64,000 bases of DNA from Longimicrobiales bacterium (GCA_965238005.1 OZ250165.1:3840001-3904000), one strand, 5' to 3'; shown: positions 20,411 to 30,739, numbered from the stretch's first letter. The notes: generated by a model not told the origin, from the letters alone. Numbers and translations are program-made.

Positions 20411-20569
20411 GACGATTTGCGGGCGGTCCATCGGGAGTGCCTCCTCGGCCATCTGCCGAAGGAGCTCGGCCACACGATTATCCCCTTCACTCGACCCGAC
20501 TGGCCGCGAGGAAGGTTGCGTCGGGGTCACATCGCTTGACAGCCGTCGGGCGCGGTTGCACGCTGCGGG

Positions 20570-21703
20570 ATGCCTGACCCAGCCACGAACGCCCCGGACG
20601 GCGGTGCTCCCGCTCCGAGCCTCTTTCAGCGGTATCTCCTCCCCGGTTTCATCTTCCAGTCGGTGGTGATCGCCGGAGGGTACGGCACCGGACGGGAGCT
20701 GGCCGAGTTCTTCCTGCCCTACGGCCCCACGGGTGGGCTCATGGCCATGATGCTCGTGTCCATGACGTTCTGGTCGCTGGTGTGCGCCGTAGCCTTCGAG
20801 TACGCACGGGTCTTCCAGGCCTACGACTACCGATCGTTCTGCCGGCACCTGCTCGGGCGTGGCTGGGTCGTCTTCGAGCTGACGTACTCGGTCATGCTGA
20901 TCGTCGTCCTGGCGGTCATCGCCTCGGCGGCGGGCTCCATCCTCCAGGAGACGTTCGGGCTCCCCTACGCTGTGGGGGTCGTCGGGATCATGATCGCCAT
21001 CGGCTTCCTGGTCTTCGAGGGCACCGGGCTCATCGAGAAGGTGTTGGCCAGCTGGTCCTTCGTGCTCTATGGCACGTTCATCGTCCTGTTCGCATGGTCG
21101 CTGTCGGCTTTCAGCTCGGAGATCACGACGGCCTTGAGGACCATCCCCGTAGGCGACGGCTGGTTCGTCGGGGGGATTGACTACGCGTCCTACAACGTGG
21201 CCCTCATCCCCGTCCTGCTCTTCGGAGTGCGGCACGTGAGCACGAGAAAAGAGGCGTTGATCGCCGGAGGCCTCGCCGGACCCATCGCCATGATCCCCGG
21301 CTTCTTCCTGCTTCTGGCCATGGTCGGCCACTACCCCGAGATCGCAGACGAGACCGTGCCCGTGAACTACATCCTCGAAAGGCTGGGCTCACGGGGCTTC
21401 CAGATCGCGTTCCAGGTATGCCTGTTCGGGACCCTGATCGAGACCGGCACGGGCATGATCCACGGTGTGAACGAGCGCCTGGCCCAGACAGTCGCCGAGC
21501 GGGGACGCGAGCTTCCCACCGCGGTGCGCCCGGTGGTGGCCGTGACGCTCCTGATCATCGGCGCACTCCTGGCCCAGTTCGGGCTGATCAGCCTCATCGC
21601 CCGGGGCTACGGCACGCTCACGAGAATCTTCCTGGTGGTGATCCTGCTCCCGCTCCTGACCTGGGGCGTGTGGCAGCTGGCCAAGGCGGGTGAGGAGGGC
21701 TAG
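20570..21703 (+). CDS. YkvI-like membrane transporter
   Basis: SVVIAGGYGTGRELAEFF, YASYN, many hydrophobic segments. Confidence 0.8.
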   Translation: MPDPATNAPDGGAPAPSLFQRYLLPGFIFQSVVIAGGYGTGRELAEFFLPYGPTGGLMAMMLVSMTFWSLVCAVAFEYARVFQAYDYRSFCRHLLGRGWVVFELTYSVMLIVVLAVIASAAGSILQETFGLPYAVGVVGIMIAIGFLVFEGTGLIEKVLASWSFVLYGTFIVLFAWSLSAFSSEITTALRTIPVGDGWFVGGIDYASYNVALIPVLLFGVRHVSTRKEALIAGGLAGPIAMIPGFFLLLAMVGHYPEIADETVPVNYILERLGSRGFQIAFQVCLFGTLIETGTGMIHGVNERLAQTVAERGRELPTAVRPVVAVTLLIIGALLAQFGLISLIARGYGTLTRIFLVVILLPLLTWGVWQLAKAGEEG

Positions 21704-23508
21704 TCCGAGATGGGCCGCTCGTCCGGCATCCGGTAGCCGGGGCCCCGGACGATCATGCCGGGCTTGGCCCCTGTGTGCTGGCCGTCCCTGACGACACCTA
21801 CACCGTTCACGAACACGTCGCGTATCCCCTCCGAGACCTGGTGAGGCTCGTCGAAAGTGGCTCGATCGATGATCGTCTCGGGGTCGAAGACGACGATGTC
21901 GGCGTAGAAGCCTTCCCTGAGCAGACCGCGATCCCGGATGGAGAGCCGGGTGGCCACCGCCGAGCTCATCTTGCGGATGGCGTCCTCCAGGGGCACCACG
22001 CCTTCCTCACGCACGTATCGTCCCAGGATCCTGGGGAAGGTCCCGTAGGATCGCGGATGGACGAGGGCCTGGGTCGTCTCCGGATTCACCCCTCCGGCGT
22101 CCGTCCCGAACTTTATCCACGGCTGCTGGATCTGGAGCTTGATGTTCTCCTCGCTCATGAGGAAGTAGATGGTGCCAACGCGCTGACGCTCGTCCAACAC
22201 CAGGTCCATGGCCGTGTCGATCCAATCCCTCCCCATCTCTGCCGCGATGTCGTCCAGGTAACGGCCCGCGTACTTCCTGTTCTCCGGCTTGTCGAACCCG
22301 AGGAGGAGCGCGCCCTCCGGGGTCGCCAGGCTGCAGAGGTTCTCCCAATCCTCCGTCTGGTTCTGGATCTCGGCGCGGATGCGTTCCCGCATCTCGTCAT
22401 CGGCCAGGTTCTCGAAGAGTCTCCCGTTCGCCGAGGCCCAGGGAGGGAAGCAGGCGGTCAGACCGGTGCTCCCGGCCACGTACGGATACATGTTGGCCTG
22501 CACGTCCACTCCCGCCGCCCTGGCCGAGTCGATCTTGGCTATGGCCTGCGCGGCCTTGGGCCAGTTGCGGCGACCACCGGCCTTCAGATGGTAGATCTCC
22601 ACGGGCACCCCACCTCGCTCGCCGATCTCGATGGCCTCGTCGACGGCCTCCAGGAACCGGTCCGCCTCGGAGCGCATGTGCGTGATGTAGACGCCGCCGT
22701 AGCCCCCCATCGCACCTGCGATCTCCCCCAACTCCGCCGTGGAGGCGAAGTTGCCCGGCGGATAGATGAGGGCCGAGGCGATGCCGAAAGCCCCGTCCTC
22801 CATGGCCCGCCGCACGACCTCCTTCATGGTGTCCAGCTCGGCAGGGGTGGCCGCCCCCATCCGCATTCCGGCGGCGTAGGTCCGAACCGTGCTCGCCCCC
22901 AGGAACGAGCCCTGGTTCACCGACGTGCCGTTGCTCTCCATGGCACGCAGCCAGGCATCGAATCCGTGCTCCCCCGCGAAGGTCCGGGCCAGGCGGTCGG
23001 CCTCGGACTCGTCGTCACTGGCCGCCCCAAGGCCGGCAGGGTTCACGGGGGCGTTCGTGCTGCCCTCACCCATGATCTCCGTGGTGATCCCCTGCGTGAC
23101 CTTGCTGATGACGCGTCCGTCGCCCTGGAGGAAGGCGTACCGGGAGTGGCTCTGGATGTCGATGAAGCCGGGGGCGACCACGTGTCCGAAGGCGTCGACG
23201 CGCTCGGTGGCCGATGCGCGCCGCAGCATACCCCGAGGCGCGATCCGTGCGATGCGGCCGTCCTTCACCGCCACTTCACCGTAGAACCACGCGCTCCCGG
23301 TGCCGTCCACGATCCGCCCGTTCTCGATGACCAGGTCGTACTCCACCGCGGGGGCCGGCTCCGCGGGAGGCTCCGGGGCCGGACGAGGAACGGCCACGGC
23401 CGGAGGAGGCGTGCTGCCTCCACACGCGGAGAGCGCCAGGGCCGTGAGGAGGAGGGCGAACGGTCGCGAACGAGGCATGGAGACCTCCGGCGATGGGTTC
23501 TCGGTCAC
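21700..23508 (-). CDS. N-acyl-D-amino-acid deacylase (amidohydrolase) lipoprotein
   Basis: Lipobox LSAC; APGFIDIQSH, THMRSE, IYHLK, HPRSYGTFPRILG, ADIVVFDP. Confidence 0.9.
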   Translation of the reverse strand: MTENPSPEVSMPRSRPFALLLTALALSACGGSTPPPAVAVPRPAPEPPAEPAPAVEYDLVIENGRIVDGTGSAWFYGEVAVKDGRIARIAPRGMLRRASATERVDAFGHVVAPGFIDIQSHSRYAFLQGDGRVISKVTQGITTEIMGEGSTNAPVNPAGLGAASDDESEADRLARTFAGEHGFDAWLRAMESNGTSVNQGSFLGASTVRTYAAGMRMGAATPAELDTMKEVVRRAMEDGAFGIASALIYPPGNFASTAELGEIAGAMGGYGGVYITHMRSEADRFLEAVDEAIEIGERGGVPVEIYHLKAGGRRNWPKAAQAIAKIDSARAAGVDVQANMYPYVAGSTGLTACFPPWASANGRLFENLADDEMRERIRAEIQNQTEDWENLCSLATPEGALLLGFDKPENRKYAGRYLDDIAAEMGRDWIDTAMDLVLDERQRVGTIYFLMSEENIKLQIQQPWIKFGTDAGGVNPETTQALVHPRSYGTFPRILGRYVREEGVVPLEDAIRKMSSAVATRLSIRDRGLLREGFYADIVVFDPETIIDRATFDEPHQVSEGIRDVFVNGVGVVRDGQHTGAKPGMIVRGPGYRMPDERPISD

Positions 23509-23657
23509 GTAAGAGCCGTTGGAGCTGTGACGTGCTCGGATCCAATAGTACGGGGCAAGACGCTACCGCACACCCGCAAGGTTCGGGCCGGGGGGCGGGC
23601 GCGCTCGATCCGAAGTGGCAGGGTATCTGGGCCGGTGGGATCGGCGGCGGCGTGGGC

Positions 23658-24809
23658 TCACCGGTACCCGTAGTAGATGCGCCCCTCGGGTGGAGCCGGC
23701 GGTGGTGGGGGCGTCCAGCGCCCGGACTCGTAGTCCATCCAGCGCTCGAAGAGCCGCGCCGAGTACGTCGAACCGGCATCCGGGTCCAACCCTCGCAGTA
23801 CCTCGCCCATGACCGACGAGTATCCCGCCCGGGATACCCCGATGAGAGCCGTCAAGCCATCGTAGGCTTCTCCGAAGTCCGCGGCGGTGAAGGTGACGGC
23901 TCCGTCGTCGTAGCGGATCCCCGGTACGCCTGCCAGTGCGGCCAGGGAGGCCGGTGGCACGGCGTGCAGCGTCGCATCGATGGGTGCCGTGACCCTCATT
24001 GCCCGCGAGCTCGACAGGCCCTCGAGGGCCGCCCTGGCCTCGGCGCGAAGCTGGGCCCGGACGTCCTCAACGGGGTAAGGATCGGCCGTGGACGCGCTCG
24101 TGGCCTCCTTCACCGTCACGTAGCGGATCCAGGGCATGGTGGCCAGGTCGGCGGCGAGCCTGTCGTCGCCGGACGCGAAGATGACGGGCACGCCCACACG
24201 GCCCCAGGAGAGGGCAACGATCTCGGTCTCGGTGACGCTCTGCCCGTTGAGAAGGATTTCGATCCCGAGCGTGTAGGTATGGGATGCGAACCCACGGCTG
24301 CCGGTCTTGGCGTGCATGCCCACCACCGCGATGGCATCGAAGGCCCCCTGTTCGACGATGTCGACGTACGCCTCGAAGGGCTCGGGCCGCCCGAGCATCT
24401 CGGCCCGGGGGTCGAGGCGGTCGAGGATGATGTCCGGTTCCGGGTTTCCACTACCGTGGCCGTCCACCACCTGGACCACATCCGCCCCTCCATCGAACAG
24501 GCCGTCGATGACGGCGTTCACGTCACCGATCAGGTACTCTCTGCCCTGTGGATAGAACTCGGTGTTTCGGTATAAGAACGTGCGGTGGTCGGACTGACCG
24601 GAAAGTCCTTCCATGTCGTGGAGGACCAGCACCCGCAGCTCACTGTCGTCGTCGGGTGCCGGGTCGACTAGAGCCCAGGGCTCCCGGTCCGAGGCGGCCG
24701 ACGTGTCGCGCTCCTCCTCCGATTCGATAGTACAGCCAATGAAGGCCAGGGCGGCAAGAAGGGGCAAGGCGGCCAGAGGGGTTGGGGCCCAGGGTGCTCG
24801 GAATGTCAT
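23658..24809 (-). CDS. M55 (DppA-like) D-aminopeptidase lipoprotein
   Basis: Lipobox FIGC; HDMEG, DGHGSG, VGMHAK, SHT, SGD. Confidence 0.85.
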   Translation of the reverse strand: MTFRAPWAPTPLAALPLLAALAFIGCTIESEEERDTSAASDREPWALVDPAPDDDSELRVLVLHDMEGLSGQSDHRTFLYRNTEFYPQGREYLIGDVNAVIDGLFDGGADVVQVVDGHGSGNPEPDIILDRLDPRAEMLGRPEPFEAYVDIVEQGAFDAIAVVGMHAKTGSRGFASHTYTLGIEILLNGQSVTETEIVALSWGRVGVPVIFASGDDRLAADLATMPWIRYVTVKEATSASTADPYPVEDVRAQLRAEARAALEGLSSSRAMRVTAPIDATLHAVPPASLAALAGVPGIRYDDGAVTFTAADFGEAYDGLTALIGVSRAGYSSVMGEVLRGLDPDAGSTYSARLFERWMDYESGRWTPPPPPAPPEGRIYYGYR

Positions 24810-24954
24810 GCTCCAACGCCTCTCGGTGTGGGGGATCCGGCAGTCGGAGCATCATACGGACGAACGACCCCCGGAGCCACGCCGGCGCCCGAGCAATGAT
24901 CCACGGCGTGGCGCGAGCTTGCACGCTGCGTCTTTCGCACAGAAGCTTGCCACC

Positions 24955-25656
24955 ATGACAACAGGACTTATGAGCCGCGAGCACTTCGACGAGTCTGATC
25001 GAGCTGGCCGTGAGCAGAAGGGGCTGGCTCCGATTCCGTGGCAGAAGAGGATGCTGGACGTCGCTCTTTCCTTGGGCCTTCTCCTCTTGTTCTCGCCCCT
25101 GATGGTGCTGGTTGCCGTGATGATCCTGGTGGAGGGACTCGTCCGACCCGCGAGCAAGGGCCCGATCCTCCTCTCGGAGCCTCGGGGTTCGGAGGGGAGG
25201 GTCTTCAGAATCCCCAAGTTCCGAATCATCCGGATGGATGCGTACCGGAGGGTGTCCAAAGAACCGAAATACCTTCACATCAAGCCGATAGAACGGGTGC
25301 CGGAAAACCTCACGACGGTAGGCGGCTTCTTGAAGAAGTTCTATCTCGATGAGCTTCCTCAACTCTTCTCGATTCTAAAGGGTGACATGAGCTTCGTGGG
25401 TCCCCGGCCCTGGCCGCTCGAGCCATACTACGATGAGCTCGAGCGCGGCATCCTCAGGAAGAAGCTGATCAGGCCCGGGCTGACGGGATTGGTTCAGGCG
25501 AACAAGGGAAACCCCGACTCGCGCGATGAGTGGACCCTCGACTACGTCTACATCGGATTCATGGCGTCGAGCCGAAGCGGTTGGGTGAAGCTCGGGCTCG
25601 ACCTCAAGATCCTGTTCCGGTCTCTCAGGACCGTCCTTCAGGCCAGGGGCCTCTAG
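24955..25656 (+). CDS. Bacterial sugar transferase (monotopic phosphoglycosyl transferase family)
   Basis: KRMLD, KFR, LDELPQL, GDMSFVGPRP, RPGLTGLVQ. Confidence 0.9.
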   Translation: MTTGLMSREHFDESDRAGREQKGLAPIPWQKRMLDVALSLGLLLLFSPLMVLVAVMILVEGLVRPASKGPILLSEPRGSEGRVFRIPKFRIIRMDAYRRVSKEPKYLHIKPIERVPENLTTVGGFLKKFYLDELPQLFSILKGDMSFVGPRPWPLEPYYDELERGILRKKLIRPGLTGLVQANKGNPDSRDEWTLDYVYIGFMASSRSGWVKLGLDLKILFRSLRTVLQARGL

Positions 25657-25708
25657 AGGCCCGCGGTGCTCGCTGGGGATTGACTCGGAGACATATACCG
25701 GTGGCTGG

Positions 25709-26320
25709 TCAGGCTTCCGAGGTAGCCACCTCCACGAGGCCGCGCTCTCGCCTCGGCAGCTTGGCAACCATCGCCAAAGCTTCCTGTCGGCCCGCGTCCG
25801 ACATCTTGGCCCACGTTCGTCGGAGGATTCCCACCATCTTCTCGTCGTCGTGCTTCCGCGCGAGCTCGACGAACTCGTTCTCGAAGAACACCATACAGAT
25901 GGCGTCCTCGAAGAGCTGGACCTCGGGGTCACGCCCGAGTCCGATCTTGCGGAGGAGCGTCTCGACGCGGACGACGGTCGCCTCTTCGTACCCCACCTCC
26001 TCGAGCACTTCACGCGCGATCTCCGCGTGTATTCTGGACAGGTCGCTTCGCCAGCGGCGATACCCCCGACGACCCGCTTCGTACTCGCTCCGGGGCACCT
26101 TCCAGCGCCGAATGTGCTGACACGCGGCCGCGAGGCGAAGAGGAACGGAAGCCTCGGCATCGAAGTGGAGGACCCAGTGCGCCAGGCGCCGATGGTAGTG
26201 GACGGACCACGGAGTTTCGGCGCCCTCCACTGCGAAGGAGCGGGGGTCCTCCCGGTGGGCGGCTTCGAAGCGCGCGATCGCCCCCCCTAGACGCGGATCA
26301 CACTTCGCTTCTTCGCTCAC
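25709..26320 (-). CDS. DUF4202 family protein
   Basis: EDP, LRLAAACQHIRRW..PRSEY..GRRGYRRWR, EDAICMVF, TWAKMS. Confidence 0.85.
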   Translation of the reverse strand: MSEEAKCDPRLGGAIARFEAAHREDPRSFAVEGAETPWSVHYHRRLAHWVLHFDAEASVPLRLAAACQHIRRWKVPRSEYEAGRRGYRRWRSDLSRIHAEIAREVLEEVGYEEATVVRVETLLRKIGLGRDPEVQLFEDAICMVFFENEFVELARKHDDEKMVGILRRTWAKMSDAGRQEALAMVAKLPRRERGLVEVATSEA

Positions 26321-26363
26321 GTCCTCCCCCTAGGCTCCGCCGTCCGACTGTCTCGCCCCGGGC

Positions 26364-26978
26364 CTACGGTCTGGGCACCGCGAGTTGGCCCAGGAGCTCA
26401 TCGACGGTCGGGGAGCTCGGCGTCGTGATCGCCACCACGAATGGCTCCTCGGGGCCCGACACCATGTCGAAGCTCGCGTCTCCGTCCCCGTAGAGTGCCT
26501 TCACGTACTTCTCCAGCGCCGGCCGCACGGCGGCGAACGTCCCAGCGTCGCTGGGCGCCCGGAGCCGGTCGTAGATCCCGAACTCCACCTCGCTCGTACG
26601 GAACCGGTACCGCTCCTCCAGGGCAGGGTCGCTCTCCAGGAGCGACGCGGCCTGCAGCACGGAGCGGAAGGCCCGCGCGATCCCCTCCTCTTCCGTGGCT
26701 TCGGCCTTCCGGCGACCACGATACCGGAGCCCCGGGCGACCGGCGCGCATATCGAAGTAGTAGTGGGCCGTATCGCAGATCAGGACGATGCCGGGGCCCT
26801 TCGGCACGTGCTCGTAGCTCGCCACGTCGATGAGGAGCTCGTCCTCGAGAAGGCTCTCTCTGATCCACCGGTGAAAAACGGGGATCAGCTCCTTCAGACG
26901 CACGCCGGAGGGATCGTCGACGAAGAGCTTGACGCTGATCTCCGACGACGCGAGGGGTCGCAGGGGCTCCTCGGTCAC
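26364..26978 (-). CDS. Hypothetical protein coupled to the sulfite reductase
   Basis: 4-bp overlap with the reductase stop; IPVFHRWI..LIDVASYEHVPKGPGIVLI. Confidence 0.75.
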   Translation of the reverse strand: MTEEPLRPLASSEISVKLFVDDPSGVRLKELIPVFHRWIRESLLEDELLIDVASYEHVPKGPGIVLICDTAHYYFDMRAGRPGLRYRGRRKAEATEEEGIARAFRSVLQAASLLESDPALEERYRFRTSEVEFGIYDRLRAPSDAGTFAAVRPALEKYVKALYGDGDASFDMVSGPEEPFVVAITTPSSPTVDELLGQLAVPRP

Positions 26979-29251
26979 GCGGGTGCTCCGGCGGTCCCCA
27001 TCCTTTCGTAGCAGGCGTATGCCGCCTCGATGAAGAGTTGAGCCTCCTCGACGCGCTCCCGGGCTTGGTCGGGCCTCCCGCCATTCCCTCCGACCTCGTG
27101 CGCTCGGAACAGATAGCTGGCGAACTTCGCTCCCGCGAATCGGTCGTGGAAGCGCTTCGTCTCATGGAAGCGGGTCCTGAACTCTTCCACGATATGATCG
27201 GGGTCGTCGGTGACGTCGAGGAATTCGGTCTTCACCAGAGCCTTCGCGGCGGACAGCATGGCTCGATAGGCCAGTTCCGTGGCCTTCGCCGAAGCCTCCG
27301 CGTCGAGGAAGAGCTGCGCTTCGAAGACCTCGCGCTCGCTGGCTTGCAGCCCGAACTCCACCAGCGGCAGCATCTCGCCCGCGCACTCACCCTCTCCGTA
27401 GTCCTCCATCGTGTACTCACGTGGATCGCCCCAGTCGGAGTAGTAGGAGGGATCTTCCGCGTAGCGAGGGACCGCGGTGAGGTCTTTCAGGAAGTCCTTC
27501 ACCTCCGCCTTGCCGAGGCGCTGAATGAACTCTCCGAAGGTCTCGTCCGCCGCGCGCTCCTTGACATACCGGTCTGTGACCCGCCGAACGACTTCGGGTA
27601 TCTTCTTCGACGGGATCGCGAGCGTCGCCAGGCCGTACGAGCCGGCGTTCTCGGTCCACTTCCCGCCGAGCACGACCTGGAAGTGCGGCACGAGGCGGCC
27701 GTCCTTCTTGCGGCTGATGCCGTAGAAACCGAGGTCAGCGACGTGGTGCTGTCCGCAGGAGTTGAAGCAGCCACTCGCCTTGATCCGCAGGCCCTTGATG
27801 GCGTCATCGGCGTCACCCAGCTGGCTCCGAAGCTCGGCCGCCAGGCCCCGGGACGAAGCGATCCCGAGCTTGCAGGTGTCGGTGCCCGGGCAGGCCGTGA
27901 TGTCCGCGATGCTTTCGGCACCGGCCTCGGCCAGGTCGACGGCCTCGAGGGCCGCGTGGAGGTGTGGGAGGTCGGCCTCCTTCACCCAGCGAAGCACGAT
28001 GTTCTGCTCCACCGTCAGCCGGACGTTGTCGCCCACGAAGTCGCGCGCGATGTCGGCCAGGGACCGCATCTGGTCCGACGTGATGTCTCCAAGCGGCAGC
28101 TTTGCCGTGGCCACCGCGTATCCTGCCTGTCGTTGGGGCCGGACGTTGGTCTGCTGCCAAGCGAGGAAGGCCGCAGAAAAGTCGCCGTTGGTTGGCGGGT
28201 CGAGCGGCCTTCCCTCCCCGAGCGGTCGCTCCTCGTAGGCGTCCAGCTCTTCGAGGTACGCCGTCCAACGGGGATCGTGTGGAAGCGCCGCCCGCTCTTC
28301 GAGCACCAGCTTGCGGAACTCGTCGATGCCGAGCTTGGCCACGAGGAACTTGATCCGTGCGCGCCCCCGATTCTTCTTCTCACCCAGTCGTGCGAAGACT
28401 CGGGCCACGGCCTGGGAAAGGGGCAACAACTCCTGCTCGGTCACAAACTCGTCCAGGAGCTTCGCCTGGTGCGGGATCGCGCCGAGCCCCCCGCCGACGT
28501 AGAAGCCGAACCCGCGCCGTAGCTTGCCGTCCTCCATGAGCTCCCTGGCGATCAGCCCCAGATCGTGCAGGCTCACGAGCCCGCACGCCTCACCCTCACA
28601 GCCCGAAAACGCGACCTTGAACTTGCGGCCGAGGTCCTGTACGTCGGGGTGACCCAGCAAGAACTCTTTGAGTGCCTCAGCGTACGGCGTGACGTCGAAG
28701 GTCTCCGTACGGCACACACCGGCGAGGTGGCAAGCCGTGACGTTGCGCACCGAGTTGCCGCAAGCTTCGCGCGTGGTGATCCCCACCGCGGCCAAGCGTC
28801 GCATGAGGTCGGGAGTGTCGTCGATATGGACGAAGTGGAGTTGGATGTCTTGGCGGGTCGTCACGTGGGAAATCCCGTCCGAGTAGTCCTCAGCCAGCTC
28901 CGCGAGCACGTCCATCTGCTCGGTCGTGACCTTCCCGTATGGGATCTTGATCCGGACCATGCCCGGCGCGTCCCACACGGTTTCGGCACCCTTCGTTTCG
29001 TGTTCCTGATAGCGCAGGCTCCGGTTTTGGGTCCCGTCGTGACGCTGACCGTTGTCGTAGCGCTGGCCGTAGACCCCACGTCGGAGACGAGTCTCCGCGA
29101 ACAGCCGCTCGTCGACCTCGCCTCGACTTCGGAGCTCCATCTGCATCTCGAAGACCTCGATCTCTCGACCGAGCTTGTCGGGGATCCGCCCCTTCAGCTT
29201 CTCACTCCAGGAGCCGGGCGTCCCTGTACTCTCGAGCACGCCTTCCATCAT
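26975..29251 (-). CDS. Siroheme/[4Fe-4S] sulfite (or nitrite) reductase with a C-terminal extension
   Basis: TTRQDIQLH, ACGNSVRN, RKFK, CPGTDTC and SGCFNSCGQH cluster/siroheme ligands. Confidence 0.92.
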   Translation of the reverse strand: MMEGVLESTGTPGSWSEKLKGRIPDKLGREIEVFEMQMELRSRGEVDERLFAETRLRRGVYGQRYDNGQRHDGTQNRSLRYQEHETKGAETVWDAPGMVRIKIPYGKVTTEQMDVLAELAEDYSDGISHVTTRQDIQLHFVHIDDTPDLMRRLAAVGITTREACGNSVRNVTACHLAGVCRTETFDVTPYAEALKEFLLGHPDVQDLGRKFKVAFSGCEGEACGLVSLHDLGLIARELMEDGKLRRGFGFYVGGGLGAIPHQAKLLDEFVTEQELLPLSQAVARVFARLGEKKNRGRARIKFLVAKLGIDEFRKLVLEERAALPHDPRWTAYLEELDAYEERPLGEGRPLDPPTNGDFSAAFLAWQQTNVRPQRQAGYAVATAKLPLGDITSDQMRSLADIARDFVGDNVRLTVEQNIVLRWVKEADLPHLHAALEAVDLAEAGAESIADITACPGTDTCKLGIASSRGLAAELRSQLGDADDAIKGLRIKASGCFNSCGQHHVADLGFYGISRKKDGRLVPHFQVVLGGKWTENAGSYGLATLAIPSKKIPEVVRRVTDRYVKERAADETFGEFIQRLGKAEVKDFLKDLTAVPRYAEDPSYYSDWGDPREYTMEDYGEGECAGEMLPLVEFGLQASEREVFEAQLFLDAEASAKATELAYRAMLSAAKALVKTEFLDVTDDPDHIVEEFRTRFHETKRFHDRFAGAKFASYLFRAHEVGGNGGRPDQARERVEEAQLFIEAAYACYERMGTAGAPA

Positions 29252-29264
29252 CGTTCTCCTTCTC

Positions 29265-30704
29265 TCAGGCAACGCCCGCCGCCGCGCGCCCACCGTCGGC
29301 CACCACGGCGTATTCGTCGTTGCGTTCGCCCTTCAAGACTCCTCCCTCGTTTTCCAGCAGCCGCCGGGCCACCTCGCCTACGATGAGGGTCGCGGGCGAG
29401 CGGAGCTCCGACGCGCGGATTCTCTCGGCTAGCGTAGCGAGGGTTCCGACGACCATCCGTTCGTCGCTGCGGGAGGCGCGGCTCACGGCCACCGCGGGGG
29501 TGTCGGGTGCGCGCCCCTCGGAAGCGAGCCCCTCCAACACGTCTTCGGCCGATCCGAGTCCCATCAACACGATCACGGTTTCCTCTTCGGGAGGAAGCTC
29601 ACCACGCATGCGGCCACCGGCGTCGTGCCCGGTTCGCACCGTGAACCCCTTCGCGAGGCCGCGCTGGGTCAGGGGTGTTCCCGCAGCGGCGGGCGCGGCA
29701 ACCACGGCGCTCACGCCTGGTACAACCTCCCAGGAGATCCCGGCTGCAGTGAGGGCCTCCACTTCCTCGCCCCCCCGCCCGAAGACGAACGGGTCACCCC
29801 CGTGGAGGCGTACCACGCGTCTTCCGGAACTCGCCTCTCGGATCATGAGCGGAACCCTCCGATCCGAGGCTGAGACAACACGCTTGGACGCCCCCCGCGA
29901 ACGGTGCCCTACGTCGACCACCTTCGTGCCCGGAAGCGCGAGTTCCAACACCTCATCCTCCACGAGGGCATCGTGGAGGATGACGTCGGCCCGCTGGATC
30001 CGGTCCAGAGCACGCAACGTCAGAAGCTGCCGGCTGCCCGGTCCCGCACCCACGATCGCCACGGTCCCCGGGTCGAACGGCTCCTCCTCCTCCCAATACA
30101 TGGCCTCCAGGCGGCGCGCGGCCGTCTCCGTGTCACCCCGGTCCACCAGCTTGGTGATGGTGGGATCGAAGAGCGCCCTGAGGAGGCGGCCGCGTTGCCT
30201 GAGGCCCTTGAGGCCTCGAGAGCGAAGGCGGATGAGTAAGTCCGCCACCGACGTCAGGCTGCGGGGAATGGCCGCCTCCAGCAGCCGGCGAAGCTGCCCC
30301 GCCAGGAGCGGCGAGCCGCCGTCGGTGCTGATGGTCATCACCACAGGACCCCGGCGGACGATGGCCGGCGAGTAGAAGTCGCAGAAGGCCGGGTCATCCG
30401 CCGCGTTCACGAGGATGCCCCTAGCCCGGGCCGCTTCCGCCAGTCGGCGATTCACGGCGGGATCGTCCGTGGCGGCCACCACCACCTTGGCCCCCGAGAC
30501 GTCGTCGTCCCGGACGGGCCGCCGGTCGAAGCGCCACACCTCGGGCAGCCACGCCTGCATTTCCGGCGACACGCCTGGAGAGACGAGGTGGATCCTTGCG
30601 CCCGCGTGGATCAGCGGCACGATCTTCTCCGCCGCGACCCCGCCGCCCCCGGCCAGGAGGACGCGCCGGCCTTCCAACCCCACGAGCTGAATCGGATATC
30701 CCAT
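29265..30704 (-). CDS. cysG: Siroheme synthase
   Basis: GGGGVA..K, NAADDPAFCDFY, VGAGPG..LLT, GGDPFVFGRGGEE. Confidence 0.92.
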   Translation of the reverse strand: MGYPIQLVGLEGRRVLLAGGGGVAAEKIVPLIHAGARIHLVSPGVSPEMQAWLPEVWRFDRRPVRDDDVSGAKVVVAATDDPAVNRRLAEAARARGILVNAADDPAFCDFYSPAIVRRGPVVMTISTDGGSPLLAGQLRRLLEAAIPRSLTSVADLLIRLRSRGLKGLRQRGRLLRALFDPTITKLVDRGDTETAARRLEAMYWEEEEPFDPGTVAIVGAGPGSRQLLTLRALDRIQRADVILHDALVEDEVLELALPGTKVVDVGHRSRGASKRVVSASDRRVPLMIREASSGRRVVRLHGGDPFVFGRGGEEVEALTAAGISWEVVPGVSAVVAAPAAAGTPLTQRGLAKGFTVRTGHDAGGRMRGELPPEEETVIVLMGLGSAEDVLEGLASEGRAPDTPAVAVSRASRSDERMVVGTLATLAERIRASELRSPATLIVGEVARRLLENEGGVLKGERNDEYAVVADGGRAAAGVA

Positions 30705-30739
30705 ATGACAGCTCCAAGAGCTCCGAAGCTTCAGGAACG

